Shown here: piece by piece, positions 32,187-41,227 of the stretch
Position numbering within the stretch: position 1 is the stretch's first letter
Layout: each line of letters opens with the position of its first letter
Assembly: GCA_963747475.1 (NCBI GenBank)
Contig: CAVVFE010000007.1
Location: 23,963-87,962 of the forward strand
From: an uncultured Bacteriovoracaceae bacterium
Lineage (GTDB): Bacteria; Bdellovibrionota; Bacteriovoracia; Bacteriovoracales; Bacteriovoracaceae
DNA length: 64,000 nucleotides
Reading direction: 5' to 3'
Made by a program: the position numbers and the translations under genes
The notes under the pieces: model-generated
The model's input: only the letters and a program-made list of their open reading frames with translations
Told to the model about the DNA's origin: nothing
Databases searched by the model: none

Positions 32187-32215
32187 ATTATAGCTGCCAA
32201 AAATTTTGATATCAA
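32187..32215 (-). promoter_or_regulatory. Near-consensus sigma-70 promoter upstream of fliL
   Basis: The minus strand reads TTGATA (32215-32210), a 17-nt spacer, then TATAAT (32192-32187), about 50 nt upstream of the fliL ATG. Confidence 0.5.
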
Positions 32216-32319
32216 GTACATCCTGCCGATTCGGCAAAATAATCCTTGGTTTTTGCCTTAAAGACGTCACGTTTTTGACACATGGCCAAGTTTTACGTCT
32301 TCGACCCGGTAAGTTTTGC

Positions 32320-32767
32320 CTACTTTAGTAAAATGCTCGAGCATACCACGATCCATAGAGCCATCACAACGATTAGACTCAGTCCAAAAACTCTCATTCT
32401 TAAGATGATGTTATTTGATCCTAGATGGATGAAAGCGTGCCAGCGCTCTAAAGGCGCAAAATAAACCGCTGAGAAGGGAGGTCGCATAATTGCTGAGTTT
32501 GAGTCACCATGGCCAAAAGGGCGGCCACATAAAAGAGCACTGGCATCTCAAATAAGTTCTTATAGTGCCGAGAACCTTGAAGAACATGGCCGGCATTTGA
32601 CCTTCTGTCTCATAGGTCGCAAACTGCCGGACCTCTAATCTCCCCCGCTTTTAACGCTTTTACTCTCCTTCTAAACATGATAAAAGAGTGACAATCGTGA
32701 GGGCGGTCATAAAGAAAAGAGAGCCAGTCAAAATTTTTACGTGGTGGTCTATAGGAACAAGTGACAT
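32320..32767 (-). CDS. MAPEG-family-like small membrane protein (frameshifted)
   Basis: My own translation gives MSLVPIDHHVKILTGSLFFMTALTIVTLL.. , ..NLFEMPVLFYVAALLAMVT.. and ..HAFIHLGSNNIILRMRVFGLSLIVVMALWIVV.. in three frames. No ORF of 60 aa or more survives in the track. Confidence 0.4.
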
Positions 32768-32790
32768 GAAAATACCTTGAAGGTTAAGAG

Positions 32791-32820
32791 AAATAAAAAA
32801 GGGGAAGCGCTAGCTTCCCC
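32791..32820 (-). terminator. Rho-independent terminator downstream of hup
   Basis: Hairpin GGGGAAGC-gcta-GCTTCCCC at 32801-32820, followed on the minus strand by TTTTTTATTT. Confidence 0.75.
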
Positions 32821-32850
32821 TCTTTTATGTTTAAAAGCTTTAAAAAGCTA

Positions 32851-33129
32851 TTAGAACATGTCTTTCCAAGCTTTACCTGGACGGAACTTAGGAAGAGTCT
32901 TAGCTTTGATTTTGATCTTCTCACCAGTCGCAGGGTTAACGCCAGTTCTAGCTGATCTCTTAACTTTTGTGAAAGTTCCGAATCCAACTAGAGAAACATC
33001 GTTACCTTTCTTAACAGACTTCTTGATGGTATCAAGCATGTTGTTGATGAAAGCGTCAGCGTCTTTCTTAGTAAGGTGGTTAAGTTCTTTTGATTTCAAG
33101 ATGGCTTCTACTAACTCTTTTCTGTTCAT
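32851..33129 (-). CDS. hup: HU/IHF-family DNA-binding protein
   Basis: MNRKELVEAILK...GFGTFTKVKRSARTGVNPATGEKIKIKAKTLPKFRPGKAWKD is the HU signature with its beta-arm. The start is taken at the internal Met of ORF 32851-33141. Confidence 0.85.
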   Translation of the reverse strand: MNRKELVEAILKSKELNHLTKKDADAFINNMLDTIKKSVKKGNDVSLVGFGTFTKVKRSARTGVNPATGEKIKIKAKTLPKFRPGKAWKDMF

Positions 33130-33331
33130 ACGAATCTCCAAATGTCAGTGTTAATAATACTATAGAGAAATGTTTGCTTACTATTTTTATAATGGCAAAT
33201 TTTTTTTATGAAAAAATAGCTTTTTTTTAAAAAAATACTTTTTTCTTTAAATGGCCGAAAATGGCTCTCAAAGGGCTTGCCAGAGCTTAAAATTGAGGCT
33301 AGCCGCCGAAAAGGAAAAAAAGGCCTAAAAA

Positions 33332-33358
33332 CAAAAAAAGGCCCGCCTTTGGCGAGCC
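33332..33358 (-). terminator. Rho-independent terminator downstream of the dsbA-like gene
   Basis: Hairpin GGCTCGCC-aaa-GGCGGGCC (minus strand) is followed by a T7 run. Confidence 0.65.
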
Positions 33359-33392
33359 TTTGCAGATGGGGTTCTTAAGTGTTCTTTAAGGT

Positions 33393-34184
33393 CTAAAGTT
33401 TGACCTTGCCCTTCTCTTCAAGCTTGTTGATAAGGTCAACAAAGTGAGAAGTCGGGAAGGCGCCTTTAACAGGAATGCCATTAATAAGAAATCCTGGCGT
33501 CCCTTGAAAGCCATACTTGGCGGCCTCGGCCTGGTCCTCTTTGATTCTTTGAGCGACCTCTTTTGAGTCAAGATCTTTCTCAAGCTTCTTCATGTCAGCG
33601 CCAACTTCTTTGGCGGTCGCCTTAAGAAAGGCCTCGCCCTTTTTAAGCTTTTGCTGATTTTCAAAAATTTTATCATGGAATTCGGCGGCCTTTTTTTCAC
33701 TTTGAAGCCTGATAGCTTCATAATACTTCGCGGCAGGCATGGCGTGCGGGTGAAAGCTAAGAGGAAGATGCTTATAAATAAACTGAATTTTACCGTCATA
33801 CTTTTTCAAAAGCTCCTGAACAGTTTGATAGCCACGGTTACAGTATGGACACTCAAAGTCGGAATACTCAACAAGAGTGAGAGGAGCTCCTTTTGTTCCT
33901 CTGATCATTTCATCTTCTCTAATTTCAGGCTTCAGAGGCTCATCAAAGTAGGTCTCCATTTGCTTGGCCTCTTCTTGCGCCTTCTTCTTCTCCATGTCGC
34001 TACGAGCGACCTTAACGGCCTCGTTTAAAGCGTTGATGAACTCGCTTGGGTTGGCCTTGATCGCTTCAGTAAGAATATCGGGGTTGTTTTTAAGCGTCTC
34101 TTTAAGTTGGCTTTCATTGACGGTGCAAGACAGGGCCAAAGAGCTCAAGGCCAGAAACGCGATTTTTTTAACGTAAGCTTTCAT
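33393..34184 (-). CDS. DsbA-family thiol:disulfide oxidoreductase (secreted)
   Basis: Intact ORF with a signal/lipoprotein-like N-terminus (LALSSLALSC), a CPYC active site (EYSDFECPYC) and ..GTPGFLINGIPV... Confidence 0.75.
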   Translation of the reverse strand: MKAYVKKIAFLALSSLALSCTVNESQLKETLKNNPDILTEAIKANPSEFINALNEAVKVARSDMEKKKAQEEAKQMETYFDEPLKPEIREDEMIRGTKGAPLTLVEYSDFECPYCNRGYQTVQELLKKYDGKIQFIYKHLPLSFHPHAMPAAKYYEAIRLQSEKKAAEFHDKIFENQQKLKKGEAFLKATAKEVGADMKKLEKDLDSKEVAQRIKEDQAEAAKYGFQGTPGFLINGIPVKGAFPTSHFVDLINKLEEKGKVKL

Positions 34185-34253
34185 AATGTCCTTTTTTGAT
34201 AGTAGTTAAAATTTGTATTTAATTGATATTGTTAAAAATTTTAAACGATCACC

Positions 34254-35194
34254 TCATTTATTCCCAGACTTTTCTTCACTTGAGATTTTTGCCGCAATAA
34301 ATTTAAGATAGCGATTAAACACGAGGCCATGGGGCCTTATATGGTTGTAGCCGAGAAGCCTGACCCGGGCCTTGAAGTCCCCCTTCATAAAGGACCTCAT
34401 AGTCGAAAAATAGCCAAAAATGGCCCCTGATACTTTTCCATACAGGTGAAAGGAAAGCGTCACATAAGAAATAATGATCGTGAATGTGGCCAAGACACTT
34501 ATGGACTCAAAAATCGCGGCCTGGCTTTGGAAAAAGTGGCTAGTGGCGAAGCCGTGAATCTTAATAGTCTTGACCGCAAGGTCCACCATGTCCTCCCTGA
34601 GATATGCGACGCCATATTGAGCATTGTCACTGCGACCAGAGCGATCGCCAAAGTCAGCAAGAAAAAATGGAAGAAAAACGCCCTTTCAAAGACAGGTCTG
34701 TGGATTCCCATAAATTGAGGCGGAATTGAGTTTGAAAGAAGCTTTTTCTTTTTAGTTGAATCTTCAAGGTACTGAAAGAAAAAGTCTGAAAAGCGCGTAA
34801 GAAGTTTGTAATCAGAGAAGCTATCGGGCTCATAGCTTTCCTCTTCACCCTCAAGCCTTCTTTCGCAGTAATTTGAGATGACCGCAAAAGGCCTAATGAG
34901 GATTTTAGAGATAAAAACCCCCGCAAAAAAAAGGCATATAATAAAAAGAACGAGATAAGGGACCATGTCGCTTGCGCTTTTTAGCACAGCATCGTAGTAG
35001 GCCTCCCTAAAGGTCTTGGCCGCTAGAAAGCCCTGAGATTCAAAAAAGACATTGTCCAAGGCCAAGATAATCCACAGGCAGTAGCCGATGAGAGCGGAAA
35101 CCAGAATGAAAATTCCCGCAAACTTCAGGCCCGTGGTCAAAGCAAAGATGGACGTGTCAGACCTGAAAAGTTTCTTGAGCTTTATCTTTGGCAT
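34254..35194 (-). CDS. Hypothetical polytopic membrane protein (frame break near 34500-34590)
   Basis: ORFs 34499-35194 and 34254-34589 join into one membrane protein with HAMP-like juxtamembrane helices. No output domain was recognised. Confidence 0.4.
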
Positions 35195-35261
35195 ATTTCT
35201 TTTGGCATAATAGTCCTATTAAGACCATTTTAAGGCCTTTAGCTTTTGATATATAGCGGGC

Positions 35262-35428
35262 AAGACTTTCGGCTCGTGTAAAAGTTACAATTGCCTACCA
35301 TGTCCGTTGACCCGGCGTGCCAGTATGCTAAGTTGGCTCCACAGCGATACGAAATTCGTGTCAAAGTAACTCTCTCCCTCTCTCTCGATTGCGCAAGACC
35401 CTCTCAGTCTTGCGCATTCTTTTTTTTT
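35262..35428 (+). ncRNA. Candidate small RNA (orphan promoter-like element plus strong intrinsic terminator)
   Basis: An extended -10-like TGATATATA lies at 35247-35255. The terminator has a perfect 10-bp stem (35390-35399 with 35407-35416) followed by TTCTTTTTTTTT. There is no plus-strand ORF, and both flanking genes are on the minus strand. Confidence 0.25.
35390..35428 (+). terminator. Rho-independent terminator (plus-strand orientation) in the 35195-35457 intergenic region
   Basis: TGCGCAAGAC-cctctca-GTCTTGCGCA is followed by ttcttttttttt. On the minus strand the hairpin has no T-tract after it. Confidence 0.6.
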
Positions 35429-35457
35429 CACCGAAATTTTTAAAAAGGGACTAAAAC

Positions 35458-36228
35458 TTAGAATAAAGGAAGCTCTTTTTGAACGCGTCCTCTGAAGAAC
35501 TCTCTTGTCCCTCGAGCAATCGCGTCCGCATAGGCGCGCAAAAATTTGCCCCTCCTAAGCTTCCAAATTTCCTTGTCGTTCGACATAAATCCGGCCTCAA
35601 TTAAAATTCCAGGTCTTTTGGACAATGCCAAAACATAAAAGAGCCCGGGCTTAATGCCTCTGTCGCGCATGCGGAATGGCACGGAGACTTTCTCCTGAAC
35701 CTTGGTGTGAACTAAACTTGCGAGTTTTCTTGAAGACGAGACCGTCTTTTGAATGACGAGGTCGATTAAAATTTGATTCACGACCTTTTCGGCGCCTTTA
35801 AGATATTCATTTTCAATATTTTCCACTTTCTTTACGGCGGCGTCTTCATGGTTGTCGAGATAATAAGTCTCAAATCCATGGGAAGATTCCTCGGTGGACG
35901 AGTTAAAGTGAATAGATATAAACAGGTCGGCCTTGACGGCCTCGGCCATTTCGGCCCTTTCATTCAGATCAACATGCCGATCGAAACTGCGGGTCAAATA
36001 AGTTGTGTAATAAGGGTCTAGTTTTTCTTTCACTTTCTTTGCCAAGCTCAAAGTCAGGTCTTTTTCATAGACCATCTGAGTGACGACCTTATCGCCTCTT
36101 TTGACCCGAACGCTCTTCTTTGCGCCAAGCTCGTCTCCTCCATGACCGGGATCGATGAGCACCACAAAGCTGAAGGCCTTTAGAGGCCCAAGAATCAGCA
36201 GGACAAATAAAAAATACTTTCTCATCAT
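35458..36228 (-). CDS. N-acetylmuramoyl-L-alanine amidase (Amidase_3 / AmiA-C type)
   Basis: Intact ORF with a signal peptide. Motifs VVLIDPGHGGDELGA, ISIHFNS and ILIEAGFMSN are present. Confidence 0.85.
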   Translation of the reverse strand: MMRKYFLFVLLILGPLKAFSFVVLIDPGHGGDELGAKKSVRVKRGDKVVTQMVYEKDLTLSLAKKVKEKLDPYYTTYLTRSFDRHVDLNERAEMAEAVKADLFISIHFNSSTEESSHGFETYYLDNHEDAAVKKVENIENEYLKGAEKVVNQILIDLVIQKTVSSSRKLASLVHTKVQEKVSVPFRMRDRGIKPGLFYVLALSKRPGILIEAGFMSNDKEIWKLRRGKFLRAYADAIARGTREFFRGRVQKELPLF

Positions 36229-36242
36229 ATGAAGCGAATTCT

Positions 36243-37406
36243 CTAATACAATCTCTCTAACTTAAAGCGGGGAAAATAATGCTTGAGAATTTGTTTATAG
36301 TTATGACCTCGCTTTGCCATTTCTAAGGCCCCGTATTGGCAAAGACCAACGCCGTGACCAAAACCTTTTCCCTCAAGAATGACCTCTCCCCCTTTAGCGA
36401 TCACAGAAAAAGAGTTGCTGCGGGTGTATTTACGGCCAAGGGTGGAGCGAATTCTTGATTTCTTTAAAACCACCAAGCGATCATCGTCATAGACCCTCAT
36501 TCGAGCGTCCGAAAAATTTAGCGGGCGCCACCTTAAAAGCGGCCACGCCTCTATCAAGCTTATCGCTCTGGTAATTAGAAAGAGCTTTGTCCACCGCGGA
36601 ATAAAAATTCTTCTTTGGCAGCACTGCCTTCCAATCTTTTGGGCCATGCTTATGGCAATAAGGGCAGTCCACGTTGGTGTAGCCCTCAACACTATGGCTC
36701 CACACTTGGTCTGGTCTTCTCGTTTTTCCGCCGCACTTAGAATGAAAGAAAATCGGAGAAATTTTTCCGTTGTTCAGAGAAAGGACCTCTCCCTCTGTCT
36801 CCCTTTGGGCGCGTGAAGTTTTCACAGTCACGTCAAAAAAGTCTCCATTCACTTGGTGTCGTTCTGAGTTCTCTAAATCGTAGTAGCCCTTCTTGCCCTG
36901 TCTTTCCTTGATTTTATAAAGAGCATAAGATCTGGCGGCCACAGCTTGGGCCTTCAAGGCCTCAAGAGGCCAGCGTCGGGCTCATTTCTTTTGAAAGGAC
37001 AGACCCTATATAAGTCTCAATTCCAACTTCATTGACAATATCGCAGCCATTTGCGGCGGGAGGCGCCACCAAAAGAAGAGAGCCTCGATATTTACCCGAG
37101 CCGACTCCTAAAAGTCCTGTCGAGGAGCTGATGCTTGCGAGCAACAAAGGCGCCATTAAAGCGCGAGTACTTCTTTAAAGGAAGGCAGTTAAAGTGAAGG
37201 CTATGCCTTCCCTTGTACTTCTTCTCTTTGCCAGAGCCTCCAATTCGTTTGGTCAAGTCGGTGCCAGTAATGGAAAGCTTCTTCTGTTTGGCCGAAATTA
37301 AGACCCTGATTTTAGGCTCTTGATAGTCTGAAGCGTATTTTCTCGCCGGGGAAGCTGCTTGAGCGACAAGCGTGAGGGCGAAAAAGGCCAATCCTAGTTT
37401 TAACAA
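36243..37406 (-). CDS. SpoIID/LytB-domain protein (frameshifted)
   Basis: Motifs KAQAVAARSYAL, FHSKCGGKT and GFGHGVGLCQYGALEMAKRG are present. The gene is split over ORFs 37092-37406, 36962-37156, 36487-36957 and 36243-36692. Confidence 0.8.
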
Positions 37407-37536
37407 ATTCCTCTCCTTGGAATTCTTATAATTCTACTAAGATTTTAAAGGTTTAATGCGCAAAGTTCAACTATGGAATTTCTAATTTAGGCCCAACTTG
37501 GCCATGGCCTTTTGCATGTCTTCCCACGCAATCCTT

Positions 37537-38418
37537 TTAGAGTTTGGGCGCCTCGACTAAAAAGGCGGGAGAGAAGAGGGGCATGACTTCAAAAGAATGC
37601 GTCTGATCTCCCCCAGTGACTTCCTTTTCATAGAATTGACCGTGGCAATTCTGCAGTCGCTGGTTTGCTCCTAGCAAACGAGAAGTGGTCGCCCCACCTA
37701 GGGAAACCACGATCTTTGGTCTGAAGTGCAGAATCTCTTCCACAAGCGGCTGCTCAAAAGAAACTCGCTCGCCGTCTTTGAGAACAAAGCAAGAGCTTAC
37801 GAGGGCCTCCCCCTCTCCAAGCTTCATCGCGCGCATCATGCGATCGAACAACTGGGCCGCAGACGACTCAAAAAAGGCCTCTAGCCCAAGTTCTTTTCCT
37901 TCAAGATCATTGAGCTCTTCCGAGCATTCGGCGACGAAGATGGCCTTAAGAGGGGCCTTAGGATTAAGGGAATATTTTAAGTGAAAAAAATCAGCCGAAT
38001 GATTAGAACTAAGCTTTTTAACTTCATCCAGTTCTCTGGCAGTGGGAGCGAAGTCGCTTAGAAACTCTAGGCCTATTTCCTTTTTCCTGATTTCTCCACC
38101 AGGGAAGTTTATGGCGTCTTTTTCGCTCTTAGAGAGCTGTTTGCGAGCAAAATCTTGCAAAGAGTCCAGAACCTTCGTCTTTTCTGTAACGCTTTGTGGT
38201 CGCTTGCTGGCCTCTTGCTCCGGAGAATTCTCCACCACATTATCTTTCTTCGCCCGAGTTGCCTGCTCAGGAATTTCAGGTTCCAAGCTTTCCTCAATAG
38301 CATAGCTCCATGAAGCTCCAGACAGGCCTAGGGAGTAGCTCTGAGGAACGCTCTGATTGAATCCGCGCAATTGCCGCAAAGCGACACCATAATTTTTTAA
38401 ATTCGTGTTGTTTTCCAA
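37537..38418 (-). CDS. Uracil-DNA glycosylase superfamily (family-4-like) protein with non-canonical active-site motifs and an N-terminal extension of about 110 aa
   Basis: The C-terminal 180 aa align by eye to the UDG4 layout. However, motif A reads FVAECSEE (canonical GEAPG) and motif B reads LFSPAFL (canonical HPS/HPA). Confidence 0.5.
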   Translation of the reverse strand: MENNTNLKNYGVALRQLRGFNQSVPQSYSLGLSGASWSYAIEESLEPEIPEQATRAKKDNVVENSPEQEASKRPQSVTEKTKVLDSLQDFARKQLSKSEKDAINFPGGEIRKKEIGLEFLSDFAPTARELDEVKKLSSNHSADFFHLKYSLNPKAPLKAIFVAECSEELNDLEGKELGLEAFFESSAAQLFDRMMRAMKLGEGEALVSSCFVLKDGERVSFEQPLVEEILHFRPKIVVSLGGATTSRLLGANQRLQNCHGQFYEKEVTGGDQTHSFEVMPLFSPAFLVEAPKL

Positions 38419-38574
38419 GGATCTTAGAGCTGCTTTGCGAGGGGTTTTGGTGAGGTGACTTCATGAGTTCTTCTATCAAATCGGAAACAATTTTCCTAGT
38501 CTGAAGGATTCCTTAATTTCTTAAAGCGTTTTAGCTGAGCTCCGAAAAGTAGGTATACCCAGTTAGGAGGAAAA

Positions 38575-38790
38575 ATGGCCAAGGAAATAGATTTTAAATT
38601 TGAAAAATTCGAAGAATATTGGGGCGGAGCTGATCAGGTCAAAAAGACCATTGGCGAATGCAAAGTATGCGGCTCAAAGCTCTTGCTTAGCCATATGCCT
38701 GACTATAAGAACCTGCTTGTGCAAGAGACTGCTCGATGCATTGAATGCGGTTCTGGAAATAGAAAAACAATCCACGTCCTTAAACTAGGC
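38575..38790 (+). CDS. Small zinc-ribbon protein (CxxC...CxxC)
   Basis: It has an AGGAGG RBS at about 38563 and the motifs ..CKVCGSK..CIECGSG... The listed ORF extension to 38976 overlaps the antisense strand of the uvrC 3' end and is probably not real. Confidence 0.4.
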
Positions 38791-38793
38791 CAG

Positions 38794-40660
38794 CTATTTT
38801 CCATCAAGGCCACGCAAATGTTCATAAATAGCTTTTGCGTGGCGGACCTGAATCCCAAGAAGATCCGCAATCTCTTTAACATTCATTTTAGCAAGCTCGT
38901 CTTAGGACGTGGTAAGGCTTCTAAGGATTTCCTGCTTGGTCTTCTCGCCTATGCCATGAACATCATCAATCCATGATTTAAATACCCGCTTTTTCTCCGC
39001 TTTGTGATGAAGCTTACGGCTAAAGCGGTGCGCCTCGTCCCGCATTTGCACAATGATTCTAAAAAGCGAAGGACATTTGGAAAGAATATAGGGGTTTGAG
39101 CGGTTGGGAATGACCAACCTTTCCTCGGAGCGCTCGACCTTATTGCTTTTAAAGCCCGATTTCAAATCGCGAGATTTTGCGATGCCGGCCACAGGAACGT
39201 CGCAATCAAATTCGGCGAGGACTTTTCGACAGTATTCACCTGAGCAACGCCTCCGTCCACAATAAAAACATCAGGCCAAGGGCGGCGTTTGAGCCTCCTG
39301 GTAAAGACCTCTTTCATCATCGCAAAGTCGTTATTGCCTTCTGGGAGTTCTTCAAGATGGTAATATCGATACGACTTTTTGTCCGCCTTTCCGTCGTGAA
39401 AGACCACTTGGGAGGCGGTCGGAGATTTTCCCTGCCAAATGGCGATGTCATAGCATTCAATGACTCGAGGCCGCTCCTTCATGGAGAGCAAGTCCTTTCA
39501 ATTTATTAAGGCCGGTGAATTCGCTTTCTTGATTTTTTATTCTTATTCTTTGAGTTTCTTCGGCGTGATTTCTGGCGGCGTCCACCAGGCTCTTATACTT
39601 TCTGCCTCCGGCGGCGACTCTAAAGCGCGACCCTTCGCCCACGGTTTTCTCGAGCGCCTCTTCGAAGTTTTCCGTCTGTTTTTTGAGAGGTCTGCGACAA
39701 TCATTTCAGGAATGGGCTCGTCCGATTGTCCATAGTATTGGAGCATAAAGATAATAAGCTCTTCAGAAATTTCATCGAGAAGATCATCAATAGAGAAGTG
39801 AAAGGACTTATGACCCAAAAGGCTTCCCTGGCGAATCATATAAAGACTAACGTCGAGCTCCTTGTCTCCCTTATAGAAAGAGAAAACGTCCACGTTCTTC
39901 TCGTCTAGGAACTCCACTTTTTGGTTGAAGGAGTGCTCGAGAAAAGGCCTTAACTCCTCAAGGGCGTCGCGGATCATCGCCGCTCTCTCAAAGTTTTCTT
40001 CCTCAGCGGATTTAAGCATTTGCGCCTCCAAAATCTTCACGGCCTCTTTTGCCTGCCGGCCTCCCTTTCAAAAGCTTTAAGCGCGTTCTCTAGGTCCTCT
40101 GCGTATTCATGCTTGCTAATATGATCCACACAAGGCGCGCTACAATGGCCCATCTGGTAAAGGATGCAGGGAGTTTTCCTCGAGGCAAAGTCCCAATCAG
40201 AACAGTCTCTAAGATTAAACGCCTTAGCAATCACTCTCATGACTGAAGAAATGTTCGAGCCCGAAGGATAAGGCCCGTAAAGCTCAACGCCCGCTTTTCG
40301 CTTGGGCCTTCTCGCGTACTGAAGCTTGGGAAAAGCGTGCGCTTTGTCCACTTTCACATACGGATAAGATTTATCGTCCTTTAAGCGGATATTGTATTTG
40401 GGACGATTGTCCTTGATAAGATTATTTTCTAGAACATAAGACTCCGCCTCAGAATTGGTGAGGATAAAATCAAAGTCTCGAACTTTTGAAACAAGAATGC
40501 GCGTCTTGGCGGACTTTGCCGAACCATTGAAATAGCTCTGCACACGATTTTTGAGGCTTTTCGCCTTTCCCACATAAAGAATAGTGCCAGCGCCGTCCTT
40601 CATAAGATAGCAGCCAGGACTTCGAGGCAAGGCATTTGCCTTACTTAAGAGGTCGGACAT
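38794..40660 (-). CDS. uvrC: Excinuclease ABC subunit C UvrC (frameshifted)
   Basis: The GIY-YIG domain is marked by PGCYLMKDGAGTILYVGKAKSLKNRVQSYF, and the UVR domain by ..EENFERAAMIRDALEEL... The endonuclease and HhH C-terminus reads ..IDDVHGIGEKTKQEIL.. then shifted ..KEIADLLGIQVRHAKAIYEHL.. ending at the TAG at 38794-38796. Confidence 0.9.
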
Positions 40661-40758
40661 TTTTATCTCATCTGGCAGTCATTCTTTACGCATCCCTATT
40701 TATTCGCTAAAATAATTTAGTTTTAACCCGTCCTAATTTATAACCAAAAAGGAAATCT

Positions 40759-41172
40759 ATGTCCAAGTACGCGGCCGGAAAAGAAGTGCTCTCTTATTGC
40801 GGCAAATGTAAACTGACTTTGTCGCACACAATAGTCTCAATGAAGGACTCGGCCACTATTGGTAAAGTTGAATGCAGAACATGCAAAGCAACTCACGCCT
40901 ATAAAGACCCTTCATCTAAAACCAAAAAAGTAAAAAGAAAATCAAGCATACCTGGCGCGAAGTCCAAATCTATGTCAGTCAATGAGCTTTGGACTGAAGA
41001 ATTTGGCAAGGCCCAGGGAAAGCCGCTTTCTTATAGCATCAAAAACGAGTTTCACGTGGGAGACTTTATTGACCATAAGAAGTTTGGTCCAGGCATCGTT
41101 CAAGGCATTGTTGATGGAAAGATCGAAGTTCTCTTTCAGCACGAAATCAAAACACTGATCCATAACAAATAA
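40759..41172 (+). CDS. Hypothetical protein with N-terminal zinc ribbon and C-terminal SH3-like (GDxIxHxxFGxGxV) motif
   Basis: Intact 137-aa ORF with CGKCK...CRTCK and ..VGDFIDHKKFGPGIVQGI... Confidence 0.5.
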   Translation: MSKYAAGKEVLSYCGKCKLTLSHTIVSMKDSATIGKVECRTCKATHAYKDPSSKTKKVKRKSSIPGAKSKSMSVNELWTEEFGKAQGKPLSYSIKNEFHVGDFIDHKKFGPGIVQGIVDGKIEVLFQHEIKTLIHNK

Positions 41173-41205
41173 AAAAGGGAGCATTCTCGCTCCCTTTTCT
41201 TTTTA
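41171..41205. terminator. Bidirectional intrinsic terminator between convergent genes
   Basis: AAAAAA-GGGAGC-attctc-GCTCCC-TTTTCTTTTT lies at 41171-41205. Confidence 0.6.
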
Positions 41206-41227
41206 TTCTCAGTTTATCTTTTTAAAA

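Noticed and set aside
35390-35416. The hairpin as the terminator of the minus-strand amidase gene (35458-36228).
   Set aside because: On the minus strand the stem is preceded by an A-tract and is not followed by a T-tract. The T-tract is on the plus strand. It may still stabilise the amidase mRNA 3' end, so the sRNA call is kept at low confidence.
38790-38976. The C-terminal 60 aa of ORF 38575-38976, which would make a 133-aa protein overlapping uvrC.
   Set aside because: This segment is antisense to the HhH C-terminus of UvrC, which continues in a shifted frame to 38794. The zinc-ribbon protein most likely ends near 38790.
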